Shown: positions 1 through 10,923, numbered from the whole stretch's first letter. The stretch: DNA of 62,970 bases, filler included, from Chrysochromulina tobinii (GCA_001275005.1; 7 parts of 7 records of this genome joined end to end with filler, not necessarily neighbours in it); one strand, 5' to 3'. Notes: generated by a model not told the origin, from the sequence alone. Translations and numbers: made by a program.

Positions 1-2
1 TG

Positions 3-137
3 TCGCTCATCATGCACGGCGTTCGATGGGGCGTCCAAGCGCCGATGCAGATTCGCATCGCCGCCAACCTCGAGCGGCTCGACGAGCGAGCCCGCGGCGT
101 CGGCGAGGCGTTCGCGAAGCTACTCAAAAAGGGCTAG
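3..137 (+). CDS. 3' end of an unidentified ORF running in from the window edge (possibly retroelement-derived)
   Basis: Open frame SLIMHGVRWGVQAPMQIRIAANLERLDERARGVGEAFAKLLKKG* ending at TAG 135-137; too short to assign. Confidence 0.3.
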   Translation, partial: SLIMHGVRWGVQAPMQIRIAANLERLDERARGVGEAFAKLLKKG

Positions 138-525
138 CCCACCGTCATCAGGAGGTATTCATGCTAATCAAGAACTATGAACAACGACTCTGACCTCCAT
201 AAACCGTGTAGGAGTTGGAGTACGGCGTAGAGCTATCGCGTTGTATCGCTATCGCCTATCGGTAGATCGAGCGTACGAGATAATTGATATGATAATCATC
301 TTCTTTCACTAAAATTCTCACACGCAGCGAGCCTACACGACACCCTACACCGCAGCCAAAACTAATTTCTTCTCACTGCCTGATGGGGTGGTAACAAACG
401 AACAGTACGGACACCTCGGGTATCGATGGCAAGTGCTGTGCCGGTCGGGCCGGGCCGAGATTGTCATCGCATTTCGCATCGAAACCGAACGTATGCGATA
501 TCGAGGTCTGCCGTTACCTGCGTCT

Positions 526-1563
526 TCAAGGCTCCTTCACAGGCTCTTTGACAGGCTCATCCTCCTGCACGCCAGCCAGCCTGTCGAGAGAGGATCGCAC
601 GATCTCGTACGTAAAGAAGGTGATCGCCGACGCGGGCGCCACCTTACACGCATTCACAAAGTAGCCACGGAACAGTCCAGGCAAGCCGTCCGTACGCAGG
701 AGCAACGGCACGGCAATCAGAGGGTTGGGATCGCCCACGCCCGACATGGCGCGTCGCCGGATCACCTCCATCGGGAACGTGATCGCCGAGGCGCAGAAGC
801 CAGCGGTGAATCCATACGCGGCATTGAATGTCTTCGGGATGAATTCGCCATTAGCAAGCGTGATGTGCCAGCGCTTGAGGATGTCGTACACGCCGAAGCG
901 GATGGCAAAGTAGGGCATGACCGAGACGAGCGACATGGGCATGCCGCGGTACAGCGCAGGCACGCCACCCTTTTGTACGAGCTTGTTTGCGAACGAGAAC
1001 ACCGAAAGGTCCGTCGCGCCCTGGGTCGCCATCTGCGTGCGTACCGTCTCGAGCGGGAAGAGGAGCGCCATCGCGGTCATGCCGGCAAAGCCACCAGCGA
1101 GCAGCGAGACCACCGCCAGATTGGCCGTCTGCACGCCCGCGCTTTGGAAGAGCGCCGGCAGGCCCGCCTTGTACACGGCGAACGAGTAGAAGCGCACGGC
1201 TGACGAAGGGATCGTACGAAGAACGTCAGCCATGTTGCCACGCCAAAAGGCGCGCAAACCACCCTGCGAGTAAATGGAGCGCGCGACCTCGAGCGCATTT
1301 GTGCGCGTATTGGAGCATATAAGGTTGAGCCTCAATATGTCCAGCGGTGCCACCACTGTGTTGGAGACCACGCCGGCAGCGGCGCCTGCTATCAGATGGC
1401 GCGCCGCGCCGGAACGCAAGAACGGGACCCCGGCCCGCTCCTGCTGCTGCTGCTTATGATGTTGCTTTGAGAGCTCGGTCGCACGCGCGGAGCCGGCCAG
1501 CGCAGGCCCGGCCAGAAGAAGGAGGGCGATGGAACGGACAGTCAATGAACGACGCGTCGCCAT
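526..1563 (-). CDS. Mitochondrial carrier family (SLC25) solute carrier with N-terminal hydrophobic leader
   Basis: Three carrier repeats with Px[DE]xx[KR] signatures (PLDILRLN, PLETVRTQM, PMEVIRRR) and G..a[FL][WYF]RG motifs. The N-terminal hydrophobic stretch suggests signal or plastid targeting. Confidence 0.93.
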   Translation of the reverse strand: MATRRSLTVRSIALLLLAGPALAGSARATELSKQHHKQQQQERAGVPFLRSGAARHLIAGAAAGVVSNTVVAPLDILRLNLICSNTRTNALEVARSIYSQGGLRAFWRGNMADVLRTIPSSAVRFYSFAVYKAGLPALFQSAGVQTANLAVVSLLAGGFAGMTAMALLFPLETVRTQMATQGATDLSVFSFANKLVQKGGVPALYRGMPMSLVSVMPYFAIRFGVYDILKRWHITLANGEFIPKTFNAAYGFTAGFCASAITFPMEVIRRRAMSGVGDPNPLIAVPLLLRTDGLPGLFRGYFVNACKVAPASAITFFTYEIVRSSLDRLAGVQEDEPVKEPVKEP

Positions 1564-1896
1564 GGTTTACCGTCCGGCCCTTTCGCTCGCGATCTCTGGC
1601 TCAAGAGATGATGACAAGTCGAGTCGAAAAGACGTTTCATGTTCGCGCTCTAGGGAACCCCGAAGCTTTCACCCACGTTCGCGCAATTGGCTCTCGTTCA
1701 GCGTTGGAGAATAGTGCCCAATGCATGCGGGTGACATGTATTTCCAAGCCCGTTTCGCCAATTTGCTCACCCTAAACCCTATTGGGCACTCTAAGCGCGC
1801 TCGCGCTCGCGCTCGCTCGCTCGCTCGCCGCTTGCTTGCTGGACGGCAGATTGGAGGAATTAGGGGTGGGATCGCGGTCGTTGGTCGGCGTCGGCC

Positions 1897-4800
1897 ATGG
1901 CACCGGACGGCTCGACCAGCGACAGAAAAGTAAGGCCAGTCAGCGCGAGCCTATTGCGCAGCACCAAAGCACGCACCGCGAGCACGACGGTGCTACATAT
2001 TCCAGTGGAATTCCCGTCGGCAAACGAGCAGCTGCTGCACTCGCCAGGCTTTGCACCGCCGCCACAAGCACAGCCGCGTAACAAATGGCAGGATCGGGTG
2101 GACAAGGTGCTGCAGCTCCAGCGTCGAGGTCCATCGGAGCCTGGACACCAGCGCGCAGCATCCTCGAGTCCAGCGCTGCCGTCGTCCGATCAACAGCAGC
2201 GGTTACAACAGCGGCAGCGTCCTCGCAGCCCCGCGTGCGAGCACCAGCGTGACCTTCCCTCCGCGTTGGCACAGGACCTGCTTTCGGACGCGATGCGCAC
2301 CGAGTTGATCGAGTACGCGCGCCACTCGCCGGCCGAGCTCGTCCTGCTCGTCGACCTGCAGCCCGCAGAGGCGCCCACTCGAGAGCCGTTCCTATGCATG
2401 CATCGAGGAGGCGGCGCTCGGCTGGCGGGTCGCGTCGGCTCCCTGCAGCATTCGGAAGACCAGTACGAGTACCATCTGGAGCGGCTTCGGCACGTCGTCG
2501 ACGGCGCGCTCCGCTCACGACAGTTCCCACAGGCGTGCTACATCGAGGCCGCCGTCGAGCGCCTCCCGCATTACTGGGCCACAGAGTGGGGCGGCACCCA
2601 GACCAAATCTGGGCCGGCCTTGCGTGACTGGAAGCTGCGCTCGTCTGTCACTGCCGCAGAAGCTGCGTCGGCGCGGCTCGCGTCCAATGTGCATCGGCTG
2701 GGCGTGTGCGCGTCACGGCTCGGCGCTTTTGAGATCTATCTTGTGTGGCAGCCAAGGCAGCAGACGGTGCCGACGACGCCGACGGCTGCAGCGCGTGCGA
2801 GCGTCGAGCAGTGCTTCTCAAAGCTCTTCTCGCGCTGCTGGCCGCGCGCGGAGGCGGTGCTTGAGCGTGTGCGTGCGAACGCGGGCGTTGCCGAGGAGAT
2901 GAGACTTCGAGAAGCTCGGCATGTCCTACGGGAGAGGCGGCGAGCTACGGGGGGTGGGACCGCCATCCTCAACATTCGAGCGACGCTCGACGAGTACCGG
3001 GCGTCTGTCGATTGGCCAGCGTTGCAGAGGAGCGACGAGGTACGCGAGCTCACGGCATGGCTCGCGGAGCTCGAAGTTTGCGAGGCGCTCGAGGCGGCGC
3101 TCGTCGCGGCGAAGGCGGCAGGCGGCGGCGAGGAGCCGCTCGGTGCACTCGAGGCGGTGGCAGCGGTGTATCTGGAGCGCGCGCCGCCCGAGGTCGCACA
3201 GCGCGTGAGGGCAGAGCTCCACGACAGATGTGATGAGGTGCTGCGCATGCTGCTGGCACAGGGCGATCGCGCCACATACGAGCGGATGCGCCCTCGACTG
3301 AAGATGTGCAGCGATGAGTTGGCACGCCTTGTGGCTGTCAAGCTCGAGGAGGTCGGGAGGGCCGAGGCCCAGCTTCGGATCGCGATGCAGGCGGATGAAA
3401 CGACGACGCTCGCGACGGCGCTCGAGGGTCTGGAGCCAGGATGGAGCCCCGAACTGCATGCATCGGCTCGCACGGCTTTCCAAATCCGGATGCGAGCCGA
3501 CATCGCCCTCCAGGCCGCCATCAGCACGCGTCGGAAGCCCGAGCTCGAGGCAGCCATTGCCTCACACGGCCCCACCGGCAGCCGCTCCGTCGTCGAATGT
3601 GCGCGCTGTGCACTCCTCGACTGCTCTGACGCGGCACTCGGTGCCGTGCTTGAGGCCGGCGACAGGGAGACGCTCGAGCGCGTGGGCATACGCGAAGGCC
3701 ACCTGAGCTCGTGTCGGCCGCCCATCGCGGACGCAGTGGCGCGTCGGCGTTTGGAGTTGGAGACGTCGGCCCAAGCCCTCGAGCGTGCCCTCAAGGGCGG
3801 CGAGGCGGCAGAGATCATCGCCACGCTGAAGGCAATTGATCGGCGCTCCATTCCACGCGAAGTCGCGACAGCGCACGATGCCCTACGCGCCCTCTTGCTC
3901 GCCGACGCAGCGCTCAAGCAAGCCATCGGTGCAGCAGCCGCAGTCGTCGGGCGTGTAGAGAGCGCCGACGTGGAGGCGAACAAAGCACGTCCGCTGCTCG
4001 AGGCGGCGCTAGCGGCGGAGGATGCGGCCACCACGCAGCTGCAGCTGGCCGAGGCAGAGGCCGGGGCTGCTGAGGGCATGCACACGCTTGGCGATCAGCT
4101 CGACGAGGCCTGCAACGAAGCCCGTGGGCAGGTACTGGATCTCGAGAGGGAGCTGCAAGCTGCCAAGGCGCAGCAGGAGGAGCTGAAAGGGATCCTCGAG
4201 CAGAATGAGCTCGCGCTCGACGAGGCGAGCAAGCAGGACCGCATGGCGAGCTTCGACCTCATGACGCGTTCGAATAGCGTGACGGCGGCGCAGAAGCAGA
4301 AGGCACTGGACACGCTCGCGGCCGAGACGGCTAAATTGGCTGCCACCAAGGCGCAATTGGCGGCAGCCAGTCAGCGGGTCGCCAGCCTTGTCGGGTCGCT
4401 CCAGAAGCAGACTCTCAAGGCTGAGGAGATTGCGGACGAGCTCCGGCGTGAGCTGGAGCGATATACCACCGAGATGAGGCTTCTTCGGGCGCGCATGCTT
4501 CAGGCGCGCGAGGCACGAACACAAGCGGAAGACGATCGTCGTGCTGCCGAGCGCGCCGCAACCCTTGCCGCTTCTCATGTGAAGGAAGCGATTAGCGAGC
4601 TTTTCAGCGCCGTCTCCGCTCTAGGCGATCTGCTCGCCAAGTGTAGCCCGAGCGTCGCACAAGAGGCCGAGGCCAAGCGCCAGCTGCTTGCCAACACGGC
4701 GCTCAAGTCGTCCCTGCACGCGGGCGACGGTGCGGCGCTCGCCGCTGCGGCACAGACGTATCTGCCGTACTGCAGTCGCGAGGTCGCGCTCATGGTGCAA

Positions 4801-5634
4801 CAGGCGCTCGACAAGGCGCTCCACGAGCTGCTGAGCACGGGTGATGGCGCTGCTCTCTCGGCGGCGGCGCCAGTGTCTGTGCACTGCAGCCCGGATGTGG
4901 CGCAGGCGGTGCATGAGCTCCTGGCGGCGGTTGGCGAGATGGAGGAGGGGCTCCAGCGTGCGATGGGGAGTGGCGACGTCAATGCAATGATAGCGGCGCT
5001 TCAGCAGCATGGGGAAGCGATCCGATGGTGTCCGCGGCGGGTAGGCGAGTGCGAGGCGAAGGTACTTGAGCATGCCCTGGCGAGCCGCGACGCTCTGCGA
5101 ATCGGCAGCTGGCTGCAGCGCATCGAGCGCCGTCTGAGCCCCGCCGTGGTAGCGAGCGCGCACGATGCTCTACGTACCATTTTGACTGCTGACGCCGCAC
5201 TGAAGCGATCCATCGGGAGCGGTGAGCTCTTCACCTCCGCTCTAGGCGATCTGCTCACCAAGTGTAGCCCGAGCGTCGCACAAGAGGCCGAGGCCAAGCG
5301 CCAGCTGCTTGCCAACACGGCGCTCAAGTCGTCCCTGCACGCGGGCGACGGTGCGGCGCTCGCCGCTGCGGCACAGACGTATCTGCCGTACTGCAGTCGT
5401 GAGGTCGCGCTCGTGGTGCAACAGACGCTCGGCGCGGTGGGTGCAGTCGAAAAGATGCTTCAGGCGGCACTGCTGAGCGACCATGTGCCCGGGCTCGAGC
5501 AGGCGTTGCAGTACGCGGACCCCAAGTGGAACCCGTCGGGTGTGGCTGCGTGCAAGGCTCGGCTCGAGGCACGCTTGTGGGAAGCGCGACGAGATGACGG
5601 TGCGGTGAGGCTACAAAGCGACCCTCCGGGGTAA
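1897..5634 (+). CDS. Large alpha-helical/coiled-coil protein with an N-terminal Rdx (SelW/SelT/SelH)-like segment; start uncertain
   Basis: 1245-aa open frame; RLGAFEIY...FSKLFSRCWP motif pair; long Ala/Leu/Glu-rich helical region with internal repeats. Confidence 0.7.
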   Translation: MAPDGSTSDRKVRPVSASLLRSTKARTASTTVLHIPVEFPSANEQLLHSPGFAPPPQAQPRNKWQDRVDKVLQLQRRGPSEPGHQRAASSSPALPSSDQQQRLQQRQRPRSPACEHQRDLPSALAQDLLSDAMRTELIEYARHSPAELVLLVDLQPAEAPTREPFLCMHRGGGARLAGRVGSLQHSEDQYEYHLERLRHVVDGALRSRQFPQACYIEAAVERLPHYWATEWGGTQTKSGPALRDWKLRSSVTAAEAASARLASNVHRLGVCASRLGAFEIYLVWQPRQQTVPTTPTAAARASVEQCFSKLFSRCWPRAEAVLERVRANAGVAEEMRLREARHVLRERRRATGGGTAILNIRATLDEYRASVDWPALQRSDEVRELTAWLAELEVCEALEAALVAAKAAGGGEEPLGALEAVAAVYLERAPPEVAQRVRAELHDRCDEVLRMLLAQGDRATYERMRPRLKMCSDELARLVAVKLEEVGRAEAQLRIAMQADETTTLATALEGLEPGWSPELHASARTAFQIRMRADIALQAAISTRRKPELEAAIASHGPTGSRSVVECARCALLDCSDAALGAVLEAGDRETLERVGIREGHLSSCRPPIADAVARRRLELETSAQALERALKGGEAAEIIATLKAIDRRSIPREVATAHDALRALLLADAALKQAIGAAAAVVGRVESADVEANKARPLLEAALAAEDAATTQLQLAEAEAGAAEGMHTLGDQLDEACNEARGQVLDLERELQAAKAQQEELKGILEQNELALDEASKQDRMASFDLMTRSNSVTAAQKQKALDTLAAETAKLAATKAQLAAASQRVASLVGSLQKQTLKAEEIADELRRELERYTTEMRLLRARMLQAREARTQAEDDRRAAERAATLAASHVKEAISELFSAVSALGDLLAKCSPSVAQEAEAKRQLLANTALKSSLHAGDGAALAAAAQTYLPYCSREVALMVQQALDKALHELLSTGDGAALSAAAPVSVHCSPDVAQAVHELLAAVGEMEEGLQRAMGSGDVNAMIAALQQHGEAIRWCPRRVGECEAKVLEHALASRDALRIGSWLQRIERRLSPAVVASAHDALRTILTADAALKRSIGSGELFTSALGDLLTKCSPSVAQEAEAKRQLLANTALKSSLHAGDGAALAAAAQTYLPYCSREVALVVQQTLGAVGAVEKMLQAALLSDHVPGLEQALQYADPKWNPSGVAACKARLEARLWEARRDDGAVRLQSDPPG
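4614..5424 (+). repeat. In-frame internal duplication of about 190 nt (4614-4803 and 5235-5424)
   Basis: Near-identical copies both encoding GDLL.KCSPSVAQEAEAKRQLLANTALKSSLHAGDGAALAAAAQTYLPYCSREVAL.VQQ. Confidence 0.92.
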
Positions 5635-5675
5635 GCGCGTCAGAAGCCAGTTGGAACTCCAAGCAGTCTTTTGCG

Positions 5676-6563
5676 TTGCGCGCCTACGACGACAGGACGT
5701 CGGCACGTGTGAAGGAACTGTACGCCACGATGCGGCGCTTACAGTCGAGCACGTACGCCGCATGCGCGCCAAGAACGTGGGCCCAGGGCAGATGGACAGG
5801 GTGCGCAAGTCGATCTGGTATACGCTCGATCAGCTCGCGGCCTTCGTGGACGTGAGCGCCCCGGACGTGAGTCTGCCAAATCACATCCATGCTTTCCAGA
5901 CGGCGGAGGGGCTACGCGCGCAAGGTATGCACGACTGGCTGCACCTCACCGGGCTGATCCACGACTGTGGCAAGATGATCATCATGCGCGGATGCGACGA
6001 GGATGGCACCTCGATGGCTTCGCAGTGTATTCGCAGTGGTCCATTGTGGGCGACACGTGGGTGGTCGGCTGAGCAATGCCCGACGCGCTCGTGTTCCCCG
6101 AGCGCAGCGGCACGAGCCCAGACGCGCGCCGTACCGAGCGCCGTACCGAGCTGGGCATCTTCGAGGAAGGCTGCGGTCTCGACAACGTGCTGTGCGCCTT
6201 CGGCCATGACGAATACATGTATGAGGTGTTGCGGCAGACGGAGGACGTGTCACTCCCAAAGGAGGCTCTTCACATCATCACGTGAGCGCAAACCCTCACT
6301 GGGGATGCCGATGGCGCCCACGCATCTCCTCTGGCCCGTCCTCGTCGTCGGTCCTCGTCGCCGGTGGCAGTTACCACTCACTCTACCCTTGGCACGTTGC
6401 GGGCTGCTACGCGCGCCTCGAGAGCGAGTACGACCGCGTGATGAAAGGCTGGATGAAGCATGACCAAACGCGACGTGCTCTACTGGGCAGCGGAGCTCGC
6501 ACAACTCCGTGCCTACTACCAGACTTGACTGACAAGTATCTGCCGCCCAAGCTGGCGTGGTGA
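5676..6563 (+). pseudogene. MIOX: Myo-inositol oxygenase pseudogene
   Basis: Motifs HAFQTAEGLR, DWLHLTGLIHDCGK, QWSIVGDTWVVG, FGHDEYMY, YHSLYPWH and YYQ..DKYLP..LAW are spread over several frames. Lesions: frameshifts near 5740, 6026-6036 and 6525, in-frame TGA at 6070-6072, and loss of the FN.yDLY.K motif. GT-AG intron at about 6282-6370. Confidence 0.85.
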
Positions 6564-7117
6564 GGAGTGCCCGGAGCGCGCGTGGTGAGGGGTGCCGAGC
6601 GACGGGCGGCTGTTCCGCGATGATGCGGCAGTAGGCCGAGGAAGGGAGGGACAAGGCGTGGCTGCACATCATGAAGAACGAGTGCGCACCTTTTTGTGTT
6701 TGCGCTGTTTGCGGACGCGTCTCGACTCTCGTGCTCTCGATGAAGCTCGCTCATAGAACGAGTCTCACCCGGCCGACGGCCAGGCCGCCAGCTACCCGGG
6801 ACGCGACCATCATGTATGGTACGGTATGGTAGAGTCTAAAGTGCTCTACCAACAGAGAGAGCACCCGACCGCACTCTACCTCTACCAAAAATTATAGGAA
6901 AGTAATAGTATTACACTGTTGCCCCCACGCCGGTCCGCGGTGAACGCTCACGAACGCGCTTGGGTCGCGCATTGTGGCTCGTGTGTTAGAAACCACTCGT
7001 GTGGATGACGCCTGAAAGATGAGATCTGAGTTCCGAATCAAGGCCGGGTCGACACGAGGATCTCGGGATGGTTGGTTATCATCAACACGATGCGCTCCGG
7101 AGTGTTCACAACGCCAT

Positions 7118-8422
7118 CTAGCACGATAAGCAGCAGCAGCAGCCCAGCGAGGTTGAGCCTATTCGAGCTGGAGCGTACCATTGGCCCCACGGCCCCGCAT
7201 GGGACGTCCCCTCCCACCTGTCTCGAGGCTCCTTCTTCACAGCCTTCGCCCTGGCACGTAACGCCTTTGCTTGGGCTGCCGCAGCTTTGCGCTCCTGATC
7301 TCGCATGTTCTCGACCACGGCCTTTGCAGCCTCTTCATCGAGCTGGGGGTTGGGCAAAATACTGGCAGCAGGATTGCTGGGCTGGTGCTTCCTGGGAATG
7401 GCCGGGACGTAACGAGAGAAGTAGTCCCACACCTTGACTTGGCTCTGCATCACGTCATCTCCATCAAAGACATACGGAGACAGCTCCATCTCGTCGCGAT
7501 CCGGGCAGCCGTACGATCTGCTACCGCAGAACGCGTCGAGCTCAACGATCGCAAGGGCTCCAGGCTCGATCTCAATCCAATAATCACGAATGGTGACGAG
7601 TGGCTGATGGAATGGCGTCCTGTTGTGAAACCAGGTGCCCCGGGGCACGACTACTCTTAGAGGACAATATGCAAGACTCTTGACTGTGAGCTCCAGCGAC
7701 CGGAAGCCAAACGATGAACCTCGAGCTTCGATCTCGATGTGGCCAGCTGCTGCAAAGGCGTACAAGCTTTGCTTGTGGTACTGCAGGACAAACTGCAGGT
7801 TGAACCACTTCTCGGTGAAGATCCATAGCTTGTCATCCGCCGCCTTTGCCTCGGCTGCTGCCTTTCCTACAGGGACGTAACGAGATAAGTAGTCCCACAC
7901 CTTGACTTGGCTCTGCATCAGGTCATCTCCGTCAAAGACATACGGAGACAGCTCCATCTCGTCGCGAAGTGGGCAACCGTACGTTCTGATGCCACAGAAC
8001 GCGTCGAGCTCAACGGTCACAAGGGCTCCAGGCTCGATCTCAATCCAACGATCACAAATGTTGACGAGTGGCTGATGGAATGGCGTCCTGTTGTGAAACC
8101 AGGTGCCCCGGGGCACGAGCACCTTTAGAGGACAATATGCAAGATTCTTGACCGTCAGCACCAGCAGCCGGAAGCAACCTCGAGCTCTGATCTCGACGAG
8201 GCCAGCTGCTGCAAAGGCGTACAAGCTTTGCTTGTGGTACTGCAGGACAAACTGCAGGTTGAACCACTTCTCGGTGAAGATCCATAGCTTGTCATCCGCC
8301 GCCTTTGCCTCGGCTGCTGCCTTCCCTTCAGTCGCCGCCTTCTTCTCTGCTCTCTCGGCAGCATTTTTCTCAGCAGCGGCATTCTCGGCAGGTGCAGGGA
8401 ATCCATCCGAGCGCTTGGCGGT
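7118..8422 (-). CDS. 5'-truncated protein with two tandem copies of an unassigned ~155-aa domain
   Basis: Frame open from the contig edge; duplicated unit LWIFTEKWFNL...VPRGTWFHNRTPFHQPLV...VELDAFCG...GCP...MQSQVKVWDY, with a nucleotide period of about 460-470. Confidence 0.75.
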   Translation of the reverse strand, partial: TAKRSDGFPAPAENAAAEKNAAERAEKKAATEGKAAAEAKAADDKLWIFTEKWFNLQFVLQYHKQSLYAFAAAGLVEIRARGCFRLLVLTVKNLAYCPLKVLVPRGTWFHNRTPFHQPLVNICDRWIEIEPGALVTVELDAFCGIRTYGCPLRDEMELSPYVFDGDDLMQSQVKVWDYLSRYVPVGKAAAEAKAADDKLWIFTEKWFNLQFVLQYHKQSLYAFAAAGHIEIEARGSSFGFRSLELTVKSLAYCPLRVVVPRGTWFHNRTPFHQPLVTIRDYWIEIEPGALAIVELDAFCGSRSYGCPDRDEMELSPYVFDGDDVMQSQVKVWDYFSRYVPAIPRKHQPSNPAASILPNPQLDEEAAKAVVENMRDQERKAAAAQAKALRARAKAVKKEPRDRWEGTSHAGPWGQWYAPARIGSTSLGCCCCLSC

Positions 8423-8522
8423 NNNNNNNNNNNNNNNNNNNNNNNNNNNNNNNNNNNNNNNNNNNNTTAATTAATTAANNNNNNNNNNNNNNNNNNNNNN
8501 NNNNNNNNNNNNNNNNNNNNNN
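8423..8522. other. Artificial contig spacer
   Basis: N-run + TTAATTAATTAA (stops in six frames) + N-run, 100 nt. Confidence 0.99.
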
Positions 8523-10400
8523 CCGTCGCGAGAGTGTGCGAGAGTGACGGACAAATTCCGGTGGCGGCGTTCCACGCCGTCGACCCCGACGGCCGCATCT
8601 GGAGCCCCCTTCAAACCGGTCCGGTTGAGCCATCGCGTGCCTCGAGCCTTCCATGAAACGCGGGGGGTCTCGTTCCGGTGGCGGCTTCACTTTCCGACGA
8701 AACGAGGAGACCCTGCGTCTTTATAATGTGACTTGCACCCGCACCCGGACAGCGGAAACCGCGGACGCCACCAACGGACGCCTCCCATGCAGCCGGGCGG
8801 ATCGGCGGCGGGCGCAGGCCTGCGGCGCACGCCGCAGCCGCGCCGGCATCGGTGCGAGGCAGCAGCGTCTGTGGGTTACGCACACGCACCAGGCGGGGAG
8901 GCAACGATGGCGGGGCGCGGCGCGTGGAGACACGAAATGGCGGGGCGCGGCGCGTGGAGACAATCGCGCCATCGTCGCCTCCCCCGGTTCTGCTCGTACG
9001 CCGTCACCCACATCGCCTTGCAATGCGCCGACGCTTCCTGTTGCTACCGTGCTCGTCGGGGCGGCGTTGGAGACGCCGGCGACATCGAACCTGCGTGCGC
9101 CGACGCGCCCGATGGCGCGCGTCCCCCGTGGGGAACGCAAAGACGCACTCGACACCGTCGCATGACGACGGTGTCGAGCACAAGTGGTGGCTTCCATCGC
9201 CGCCGCCGCCGCCGCCGCCGCCTCTTCCGTGGGCGTCACGCCGCAGGCCGAGGCACCATCTTCGGCGCCGGTTGCGCCGCGCAACGCGCTGCGTCGGCGC
9301 CTTCGCCGCCGCACCTGCACAGCACGCGCGCGCACTCAGCGCCATCGATTCGTGCTGCGGGCACGAGCTGGCCAGAGCTTGAGAGTCCGAGCGCAGCTCC
9401 TCCGTAGAGCGCGCGCGTCAAAACGCACGGCGAAAGGCGCGGGCAGGTCGATGGCGAATGGAGAGATGGTTGGGAGCAGCGCCGTCCGCCGACGCGCCTG
9501 GAGCCGGCCGCAGCGGGGCGCGGAGGCGCGCATCGCGCAAAAGCAAAAAGGTTGGAGGACGGAGCACGAATTAAAGGGGGTCCGAGCCAGTACCCTGAAA
9601 GGCTGCTGCGCTCGCCTTTTTCAGGGTCCCCAGGATAAACGCTTTTCCTATCGCGGAAGAAGAGAGGCAAAACTTGTGAATATTGATGACAATCACAATT
9701 CGGCCAAAGGAACATGTCTGCACTATGGCTCGTGCCTCTGTCTGATTGCCTCTCTGACTGCCCACGTCAAGGTGCGCGATCACAGAGCTATACAAAGGGT
9801 AAATCCACGCGGCGTACTTCGTCCCATCGCCCATCGATCGGACACGCGGCTCGCGGGACGAAGTGTACGGCGCGTCCCATCCATTGGTCCCATCGCCCAT
9901 CGATGTCGCATGTCCGATGTCGCGTGTGTGTAATTATAAATCGCGGACAATACCGCGGACAACTTGGATCGCGGAGTGACTCGCGCGGTCGACCATGCAC
10001 AGAAAGCACGCTCCAGCGTGGTCAGCTCCAGCAAGAGCACAGACCACGCGACCATCAGGTACAGGGCGAGGATTCCGAAGAGCCGATGGGCGAACCATAC
10101 GCCCCACGCCCACTCTGCTTGCGTCACCGGTGCGAGTACACAGCAATCCGCGGCAGCGCAAGCCACCATCGTGCCATTCTCCATGTTTGGGCTCTCTTGT
10201 TAATTAACAGTGAAACAGGACACAGTGAAGACCAGCTACCAAATCTCAGATACGCGCTGGGGAGCGTTAAGCGGGTAAAGGTTAGAGCAACCGGTGATCT
10301 GCGAGCCCACCCGCTCCATGTTTCGTCTTACAAGCAAAGTCTGTGAAATGTCGCATGCGCGGGCGGTCGCGAATCAAAACGATTGTGTGCTTGCTTTTTG

Positions 10401-10923
10401 TCAACCACTGAGTTCAAAATCAGGTGGTGGGGATAGTGTGTGAATCCAGAAAGACTCCCCTACCCCTTTGCGCTTTGGTCAACCACTGAGTTCAAACAAG
10501 GGAGTTCAAAATCAGGTGGTGGGGATAGTGTGTGAATCCAGAAAGAATACCCTCCCCTCCCCTATACCCCTTTGGGTCAACCACTGAGTTCAAAATCAGG
10601 TGGTGGGGATAGTGTGTGAATCCAGAAAGAATACCCTCCCCTACCCCTTTGGGTCAAGTGGACCACATACTAGAACCGAAATCCCGGGCCAATTAGAGGC
10701 TCAGCCAATAGGTACTAACGTTGGCTCGCCCGGGCGACTCTCACCCCGGGACCATAGTTTTACCCAAGGGGGTAGGGGAGGGATTAATATCTGGATTTGC
10801 ACCCCTTCCTCATACCCTGATTACAAACTGAGTGATTTACCCAAGGGGTAGGGGTAAGGGGAGGGATTAATATCTGGATGTGCACCTCCCACTTCCTCAT
10901 ACCCTGATTACAAACTGAGTGAT
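10401..10923. repeat. Three direct ~80-bp units facing two diverged inverted units across a ~100-bp spacer
   Basis: Unit TCAACCACTGAGTTCAAAATCAGGTGGTGGGGATAGTGTGTGAATCCAGAAAG...CCCCTACCCCTTTG at about 10401, 10479 and 10577; reverse-complement-like units at about 10759 and 10836. Confidence 0.88.

Noticed and set aside
2736..4085. Long antisense ORFs opposite real genes (also 17971-18759, 40314-41510 and others)
   Set aside because: These are the expected shadow frames of GC-rich, Ala-rich coding sequence.
6070..6072. In-frame TGA at the position of the conserved Cys in MIOX GDT..VGC, suggesting selenocysteine
   Set aside because: The same gene has several frameshifts and a deleted conserved motif, and no convincing SECIS was seen, so a TGC-to-TGA nonsense change in a pseudogene is simpler.
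8523..10350. Numerous overlapping ORFs of 100-250 aa
   Set aside because: No recognisable domain; they look like GC-driven shadow ORFs and repeat debris.
10401..10657. Regular repeats resembling a CRISPR array
   Set aside because: The units are tandem with no unique spacers, there are no cas genes, and the context is eukaryotic.
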